A model generated the notes under the pieces. It had not been told where the DNA came from. It saw only the letters and a program-made list of their open reading frames with translations, and did no database searches. This document shows positions 38,845 through 44,681 of a stretch of DNA of 64,000 bases, piece after piece (within the stretch, counting starts at the first letter, position 1; every line of letters starts with the position of its first letter). Made by a program: the position numbers and the translations under genes. The stretch lies in the sequence record ON287370.1; one strand, written 5' to 3'.

Positions 38845-39104
38845 CAGAGTTTACTATATTCTGTTAAGAACAAGGGCCGGCTGATAACAAAAGGAATGAT
38901 TACGCCATGGTCATTCACCTGGATCAGTCGGTTCGCCAATTCCCTTCCTAGGGCCGCGTTGCAGCGAATAGGAACTTCACTAGCGATTACATGTTCCAGC
39001 CTAACTAGTGTAGTATAATGGCAGGACCACAATTTGGATATTACGAATAGACTCTCAGCTCAAGTTAGATGAAACAAATGTTCAACTAACAAGGGTTAAA
39101 TGGA

Positions 39105-39308
39105 ATGAGATTATATATCGTAGAAAGAACTGATAGCGTAGGCTATGATGAATACGACTCATGTGTCGTAGCGGCACTTAGCGAAAGCGATGCCAAATAT
39201 GAGGCCACAGAACTGTGGTCTAAATACGATCCAGTGACGGTGAAGTTTATAGGCATTGCTGATTCTAAGGAACCAGGTGTCATACATTCTTCATTCAACG
39301 CAGGATAA
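39105..39308 (+). CDS. Small phage hypothetical protein
   Basis: 67 aa, GYDEYDSCVVAA...SSFNAG pattern common in phages. Confidence 0.7.
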   Translation: MRLYIVERTDSVGYDEYDSCVVAALSESDAKYEATELWSKYDPVTVKFIGIADSKEPGVIHSSFNAG

Positions 39309-39318
39309 ACAGGATTAA

Positions 39319-39444
39319 CCCCACTGCCCTTCCAAACGTAATAGACGCGAACCGGGTGTCACATTGATCAAGGTATCAGGTGAGCCGAAACGGATTGTTG
39401 AATTACAAGTAAGAATCAGTGCTGACTTAGATGTCAAAGTGGGG
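39319..39444 (+). ncRNA. Candidate multi-stem ncRNA
   Basis: CCCCACT/AGTGGGG closing helix with 4-5 internal hairpins; no ORF. Confidence 0.4.
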
Positions 39445-39506
39445 TGTCTTCCTTAAACTCTTGCTTAAAGCTTTATTACGATAAGTCTTTGAGCGAGCGT
39501 TTCGGG

Positions 39507-39653
39507 TTGGGTGCGCCAAAGGAGCCATCGTAGGCCAAGTCTGGGGGATAATGGGTGAGACCCATGTGATGCCAGAGCAGGGTTACCGCGAGGTAATCAA
39601 ACCGAGTTACAGTTGGACATTGTCTGACCTGGGAGCTAGTGACTCCCACCCAA
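39507..39653 (+). ncRNA. Candidate ncRNA with T-arm-like hairpin abutting tRNA-Asn
   Basis: TTGGG/CCCAA closure, GGGAG-CTAGTGA-CTCCC 5-bp stem with 7-nt loop, GNRA hairpins (GAGA, GCGA). Confidence 0.5.
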
Positions 39654-39729
39654 GCTCATGTAGTTCAGTCGGTGGAACGGCGGACTGTTAATCCGTATGT
39701 CACAGGTTCGAGCCCTGTCATGAGCGCCA
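39654..39729 (+). tRNA. tRNA-Asn(GTT)
   Basis: GCTCATG/CATGAGC acceptor, GCGGA-CTGTTAA-TCCGT anticodon arm, TTCGAGC T loop, encoded CCA. Confidence 0.95.
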
Positions 39730-39734
39730 ATCAA

Positions 39735-39831
39735 TGCCCTATAGTGATGAGGGAATGGTGGATTATCAAATCTCCAGATTCTATTATCCATAAACCATTG
39801 TTGTGAAACGAATCATCACACAAGGGCACCA
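39735..39831 (+). ncRNA. CCA-terminated non-cloverleaf RNA between tRNAs
   Basis: GCCCT/AGGGC + A + CCA, GTGATGA/TCATCAC, AATGGT/ACCATT; no canonical D or T arm. Confidence 0.5.
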
Positions 39832-39836
39832 TATGA

Positions 39837-39925
39837 AGAGAGTTGGATGAGTTGGTTTAAGTCGCCTCCCTGCTAAGGAGGTTGTCCTTCGGGGCACAAG
39901 GGTTCGAATCCCTTACTCTCTGCCA
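39837..39925 (+). tRNA. tRNA-Ser(GCT)
   Basis: AGAGAGT/ACTCTCT acceptor, CCTCC-CTGCTAA-GGAGG, long variable arm, G73, CCA. Confidence 0.93.
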
Positions 39926-39929
39926 TTTC

Positions 39930-40006
39930 CCGCTCTTAGCTCAGCAGGATAGAGCAATTGCCTTCTAAGCAATCGGTCACTGGTTCGAATCCAGTAGAGT
40001 GGACCA
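39930..40006 (+). tRNA. tRNA-Arg(TCT)
   Basis: CCGCTCT/AGAGTGG acceptor, ATTGC-CTTCTAA-GCAAT, TTCGAAT, CCA. Confidence 0.95.
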
Positions 40007-40023
40007 CTTATTAAGGAGTTACT

Positions 40024-40152
40024 ATGTATTTTAGTGGTGGCTCCTGGACAGGGGCTTTTGTAATCTTTGGATTACTTTGCGCTGTAGTTGGTTGGGGCGT
40101 TATTGAAACACTACGTTGGCTTTTCTCTTTCGTCCATATTACATTTGGTTAG
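40024..40152 (+). CDS. Small membrane protein (42 aa), not in ORF track
   Basis: AAGGAG RBS; MYFSGGSWTGAFVIFGLLCAVVGWGVIETLRWLFSFVHITFG*. Confidence 0.65.
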   Translation: MYFSGGSWTGAFVIFGLLCAVVGWGVIETLRWLFSFVHITFG

Positions 40153-40162
40153 GAATATTTAA

Positions 40163-40429
40163 ATGAAAGTTGTAATTTATGGCAAACCGAATTGCCCATG
40201 GTGTGATCGCGCCAAGAACCTGGTTAAAGATGTTGAAGGTATTGAACATGAATACATCGACATTACTCAAGTTGGGATCGATGGCCCTAAGCTTAGTGAA
40301 ATCTGCGGTGAAGAAGTTCGCACAGTTCCACAGATCCTGGTTGACGGTAAATACAATCCACATGGCTTCCAAGGTCTGATACCAGTTGTTGCTAAACACA
40401 AAGCAAGTCTTCCTCAAAAAGAAGCTTGA
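40163..40429 (+). CDS. Glutaredoxin
   Basis: YGKPNCPWC redox motif, TVPQI, 88 aa. Confidence 0.9.
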   Translation: MKVVIYGKPNCPWCDRAKNLVKDVEGIEHEYIDITQVGIDGPKLSEICGEEVRTVPQILVDGKYNPHGFQGLIPVVAKHKASLPQKEA

Positions 40430-40435
40430 TAGTGC

Positions 40436-40512
40436 GGCCCTGTAGCTCAGTTGGTTAGAGCAAGTGACTCATAATCGCCTGGTCACAGGTTCAAGTCCTG
40501 TCAGGGCCACCA
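40436..40512 (+). tRNA. tRNA-Ile2(CAT) (lysidine type)
   Basis: GGCCCTG/CAGGGCC A73 CCA; GACTCATAATCGC and overall sequence close to enterobacterial tRNA-Ile2, not fMet. Confidence 0.88.
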
Positions 40513-40520
40513 TGTAGTAA

Positions 40521-40898
40521 CCCAGTTAAGTTGGGAAGTGTAAGTCTGGTCCAATGAGCCGATTGATTCGGGGTTGGAAGGGGTTTGCCAGTCAACGGTA
40601 TTGGGATGTAAGACCTCTGTAAGTTCGGCCCTACTGGGCAGACAAGTACAGAGGCAATACCTGGCTAGTATGCCAGGTTTAAATCCAAGAGTGAACGGCG
40701 GCGAGAGTCCGCTATTGTAAATAGCTCTTGGTGGGTGTTGTCCTGGTTAAGCCTCGGCGACATAGCAGCGCGTTTGATAGAATGCCCAGTAGCATAAGCT
40801 GAATGCACTTCCGATACGTGACTATTGGATTATCGATGATGGTAGAACCCGAACTCCATCCTGGGCGGTCATAAAAAACAATATCTATCTTAACTGGG
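40521..40898 (+). ncRNA. Candidate 378-nt pseudoknotted ncRNA
   Basis: CCCAGTTAAG/CTTAACTGGG perfect closing helix, GGAAGTGTA/TGCACTTCC, loop-derived CTACTGGGCA/TGCCCAGTAG 10-bp pseudoknot, several hairpins. Confidence 0.65.
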
Positions 40899-40982
40899 AA
40901 CGCTGTACCCATATGTGTCTTGGTATCGAACAAACCCTAGCTATATATGCATAAATGTGATGAGCTTGAGAGTTGATGATAC

Positions 40983-41112
40983 GGAGACACACCCATCGGT
41001 CCTTCTGAACGAAAGCATAACTTAAGGTTGAACATTGATGTTCAAATAACCTGGGAGAGTAATGAGATTACTCATGCGATATCAGAGGACCACCCTAATC
41101 CCTTTGGTGAGG
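40983..41112 (+). ncRNA. Multi-stem RNA domain 5' of the hammerhead
   Basis: GGTCC-TCTGA/TCAGA-GGACC, TTGAACA/TGTTCAA, GAGTAAT/ATTACTC, ACCCT/AGGGT. Confidence 0.55.
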
Positions 41113-41114
41113 GT

Positions 41115-41210
41115 TGTCGTACTATCTGACGAGTCTGACGACATAAAACAAGTAGACGAAACGGGTATCCAATAAGGTGTCTCCAGCACCATTGGAACCG
41201 TCATAGAACA
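41115..41210 (+). ncRNA. Type I hammerhead ribozyme, predicted cleavage GUC after 41202
   Basis: CUGACGA 41126-32; stem II GUCU/AGAC; GAAA 41158-61; stem III ACGG/CCGU extended by UCCAAU/AUUGGA and GGUG/CACC; stem I CUAU/AUAG; loop II pseudoknot UGUCGU/ACGACA. Confidence 0.9.
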
Positions 41211-41452
41211 GCTGTGCCCTAACCGTGAGCAGCCACCCGATGTTCAAGGGTGAGACAACAGCGCTTTAACTGGAAGGTAACTATATGGCATTATAGCGTA
41301 CCAAGCCAGACGCAAACGGTCCGTCTCCATGCCAGGGGAAAGTTGTTGACATCAACCGTAGACAGCCGTCTGAGTGATTGTAATATGAAGGGATTTGCAA
41401 CCCTGAGATTATTGATTGCTCTTTCGAGTGTCCATGTAACTAAGCATTTACT

Positions 41453-41482
41453 CCCTACCCCTTCCGAAAGGTTGGGGTAGGG
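41453..41482 (+). terminator. Terminator closing the ncRNA locus
   Basis: CCCTACCCC/GGGGTAGGG stem followed by U-rich tract. Confidence 0.8.
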
Positions 41483-41612
41483 GTTTATGTTTGTCTTTTA
41501 GTTTTAAATCATATGACGTCTTCTCTCTATTAACAAACCTAGGATGGTTGGATAGTGAGATCATTGCCTTTCTATAAAGGTCTATTTCGAAATAGTATTT
41601 AGGAGGGTTCAA

Positions 41613-42458
41613 GTGAATCCAGTTGATTTTAGTGTTGAGTATGTGATCAATGGTCCTACCGACATCTCTGAATATTTATTGAAGCTAGCCTTCCATAATC
41701 CAAATAACGGTTATGGAAGTATCTGGGCTCCAGTGAATGACGAGTTTACTGTAGAACAAGGTATTCGTGAAAAGGTCATCATGAAAATGGTTGGTCCTTT
41801 ACTTAATGTGGCTGGCGGTACTACGGAGATCATCGATCTTAGCGCAGCACATATTGAAAACCTTTCCGGTGGTATCATCGCAGTTAACGTTCCTGACTTC
41901 ATGACAGGTGGTCGTCGTATTCTTTCTGTCTTGGAAGTTTACCCAGGTAACATCAACCGAGCTATCAACAATGGTTATAACTTTAATAACTATGCAGCTT
42001 GTGGTTCTGGTATGATGAACAATAGTCTTAACCGCTTAATTAACGGTTTGGACGATGGTCAGGTTCAACGTTCCTTTACTAGCTTCACCATGACAGGTAA
42101 TAACTCCTTTATTATCCGTGACGCTGGTTCTGCGATGTTTAATATGATCGCTAAAGTTATTCTGTCTTATGACGAACACTTCAGCGTTATACCTGCAAGA
42201 ATGTATGACAAGTTTGCCGAGCTAGTAGAACTTGGTGTTAAAGCTTATATCTATAAGACATGTCGTCGTGGTATGCAAGAAGCCGTTTCACGTTTCGGTG
42301 TAACTGTTGAAGATGTTCAGGATGATATCCAAGGTTATGCTGATGCTCACCGTGAGTTCAAAGATCTGTATAATAATGAGATTAAGAAATATCTTGCTTA
42401 TGCTGATCCGAAAGGTAAGTCTGATGCAATTAAGATGACAGTCCCAAGGAAACGTTAA
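41613..42458 (+). CDS. Conserved phiKZ-like virion structural protein
   Basis: 281 aa, GTG start with AGGAGG; position upstream of terminase. Confidence 0.6.
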   Translation: MNPVDFSVEYVINGPTDISEYLLKLAFHNPNNGYGSIWAPVNDEFTVEQGIREKVIMKMVGPLLNVAGGTTEIIDLSAAHIENLSGGIIAVNVPDFMTGGRRILSVLEVYPGNINRAINNGYNFNNYAACGSGMMNNSLNRLINGLDDGQVQRSFTSFTMTGNNSFIIRDAGSAMFNMIAKVILSYDEHFSVIPARMYDKFAELVELGVKAYIYKTCRRGMQEAVSRFGVTVEDVQDDIQGYADAHREFKDLYNNEIKKYLAYADPKGKSDAIKMTVPRKR

Positions 42459-43924
42459 TGAATCTCTCCAATGCAGCCTATTCAATTAGGCAAAGTTATA
42501 TTCCACAGTCTGAAGAAGACCGTATGGAAGAATCATTATCAGATAACGAGCTGAGAGCCTTACTAACAGGTTTAGAACAACGGGATCAACCATTCACCCT
42601 GTTTGGTCCTGAAGTCGCTCTAAATCAGTTTGGTGGGTTTGAGTCCTATCTGAATAATGCAGAGTACATGGCTGGCTTTGAAGCCTTACAGCCTAACTTT
42701 AACTATGATCGTGATGATGCAGTTAAAGATATCTTTGATGCGTTAGTTGATGACCTGGTAATTAATGAACGCTGGACAAGAAACCTGAAAAGATATGTTT
42801 ATGGGTTTGCTACCAAAGACAATGATCATACAGAGTTCTTCGGTTCTCCTTACTTAGGTACTCACCGCATCTTGTTTAAAACTTCTGACCGTGTGACTTT
42901 CTTCCGTGACATTATTGATGTTGATGAAGTAAGACTCCGTGATGAATTGATTAAAACCAAATGGATCAACAAAGACTTTAAAGTTTCTTCTGAAGCTTTT
43001 AACTTGTCGATCGTTTATCTGATGCACCGTGTTCAAATTTCAAGTCTCCCTAGAAACTTGAAAGAAGATGCACTGATCAATTTAGTAATGTTGTTCCACT
43101 ACCGCATTATGACTTCGATCATGAACCACTACTTCGGTTATCTGGTGAAACCGAGTGTTGCTGTAACAGCCTATAACAAGCTCTCCTTGAAGTTTGATAT
43201 TAAGCGCTATGGTTCATGGACTGATCTCTTCCGTGCTCGTGGTGAGTTCATTATCGACCCTCGTACAGGTATTCACTTCGATGCCTTTGCTAAGATGGAT
43301 AATGATAAGAAAATAGTATATATGGTCAATGACATGGAATCCCGTCTTAAGGGTGTCATCAATGACTACACTAAGGTTCTGTATGAAATTAAAGACTCAG
43401 TTGATTTAGTAGAGACAGACTCAGGTCTTGCTGTACTGGATGGAGAGCTGAACATTAAAGATGTTCAGAAACAGGTTAACCGTTATAAGAACTATATCGG
43501 TACCGTACTGGTGGATAAGAACAGTTTCTTTAAACAGGAACTCGCAACTTATGCAGCTAAAGCAATCCCTCGTACTGATGAAGATAAGTTGGAAATGATC
43601 ATCCGTGATTTCCCAGCTCAGTATTCTCATCCGAAGGGAGAACAATATCGTGAGTTTGTTGATGATGTCACCACTCACTTGTTTGAGTATTTAGCGACCA
43701 ACTCTATTCGGCATAATGACCTGAAGAATGTGTTCTTCAAGATCCGTGGTGCTTATACTTCAAGTAAGTCCACAAATGCTCTGTTATTCAAATTGAGAAA
43801 AAATGGTGATGAGTTAGTTAAAGCGATGACGGGTATCAAAACTGATATCAAGATCACTTCTCTCAGAACCTCTTTAATGTTGTATATTGTTTTAAGAACC
43901 TTAACTATGGAGTCATACCGGTAA
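42458..43924 (+). CDS. Conserved phiKZ-like virion (head) protein with probable propeptide
   Basis: 488 aa; acidic N-terminus with GLE and GFE sites fitting S/A/G-X-E prohead protease specificity. Confidence 0.55.
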   Translation: MNLSNAAYSIRQSYIPQSEEDRMEESLSDNELRALLTGLEQRDQPFTLFGPEVALNQFGGFESYLNNAEYMAGFEALQPNFNYDRDDAVKDIFDALVDDLVINERWTRNLKRYVYGFATKDNDHTEFFGSPYLGTHRILFKTSDRVTFFRDIIDVDEVRLRDELIKTKWINKDFKVSSEAFNLSIVYLMHRVQISSLPRNLKEDALINLVMLFHYRIMTSIMNHYFGYLVKPSVAVTAYNKLSLKFDIKRYGSWTDLFRARGEFIIDPRTGIHFDAFAKMDNDKKIVYMVNDMESRLKGVINDYTKVLYEIKDSVDLVETDSGLAVLDGELNIKDVQKQVNRYKNYIGTVLVDKNSFFKQELATYAAKAIPRTDEDKLEMIIRDFPAQYSHPKGEQYREFVDDVTTHLFEYLATNSIRHNDLKNVFFKIRGAYTSSKSTNALLFKLRKNGDELVKAMTGIKTDIKITSLRTSLMLYIVLRTLTMESYR

Positions 43925-44550
43925 TGTCTTTTGATATAGCTTTAGAGGGCCTCGATCTCTCTGGTAAATCTACACTTGCTAAACAACTTGCGTACGCATT
44001 TAAAGCACGCCATGTTGGTGAACCGTTCACAGAAACGTTACACTCTAAACAAGTGAAAGATATGATCACTCAAAGCCAAGCACCTAAGGTTTATGAGATC
44101 ATGGCTTTGATCGCTCAACGTGTCGAAGCTAACCAGAAAGTCAAGCACCCTTACCTTTCGAGAGGTCGGGATATTATCTCTGATCGTTGTGTTGTCAGTT
44201 CGATGGTATACCAATCTTCGAAAGAAGCTGATCAAGCAACCGTTCTGAAAATGAACGAAGATATCCTCAACAGTTATGGTTATTCTGCTATCCCAGATAT
44301 CCTGGTCTTTATTGATCTTGATTATGAGACTTACATGGAACGTTGTAATAACGGTACTCGTGTTCTCGATAATAAAGAAATCTGGCTGCAGAATCCAACT
44401 AACTTCGAAGCTCAGCGTCAAAAATATTTAGACGCCATTGAGTTGTTGAGTAGTGGTGATCGTCGAACTGTTATCGTGACGATTAAACCAGCAACTCCTG
44501 TTGAAGAAGTCATTGGGTTAATCAAAGAAGCGCAAGCTAAATTTGCATAA
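43924..44550 (+). CDS. tmk: Thymidylate (dTMP) kinase
   Basis: IALEGLDLSGKST P-loop, ISDR..SSMVYQ, PD.LVFID. Confidence 0.92.
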   Translation: MSFDIALEGLDLSGKSTLAKQLAYAFKARHVGEPFTETLHSKQVKDMITQSQAPKVYEIMALIAQRVEANQKVKHPYLSRGRDIISDRCVVSSMVYQSSKEADQATVLKMNEDILNSYGYSAIPDILVFIDLDYETYMERCNNGTRVLDNKEIWLQNPTNFEAQRQKYLDAIELLSSGDRRTVIVTIKPATPVEEVIGLIKEAQAKFA

Positions 44551-44681
44551 CCTTATAAAGATTCCTACTCACTCCTTAACTGGGGTGGGTAGGGGTCTTT
44601 GTTGTTTATCGTAATACTTTGTATTAGAGTGCCTGCAAGGGCCTATGCGGGCTTTCAAAAATTAGAGGGGTAGTTTATCAA

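Noticed and set aside
39744-39812. Second hammerhead (GUGAUGAG ... GAAAC) or opal-suppressor/Sec tRNA
   Set aside because: C3 replaced by G, no stem I/III; the UCA lies in a 4- or 8-nt loop without D/T arms
40800-40875. Group I intron core (GACUA, pairing partner, hairpin, GGUC)
   Set aside because: J8/7 lacks the AAGAUA consensus, no P4-P6 in the right order, and no interrupted host gene
40521-40898. RNase P RNA identity (similar length, closing helix, AGAACCCG, crossed helices)
   Set aside because: No GAGGAAAGUCC (CR-I) and no GGCUUA (CR-V)
40521-40898. tmRNA identity
   Set aside because: No tRNA-Ala-like ends or T arm, and no ALAA-type tag frame
41278-41340. Twister ribozyme (UAA ... 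GUACCAAGCC)
   Set aside because: Required T1 pseudoknot partner and P1/P2 pairings not found
40712-41480. Short ORFs 40712-40933 (-) and 41250-41480 (+)
   Set aside because: No RBS and they overlap dense RNA structure
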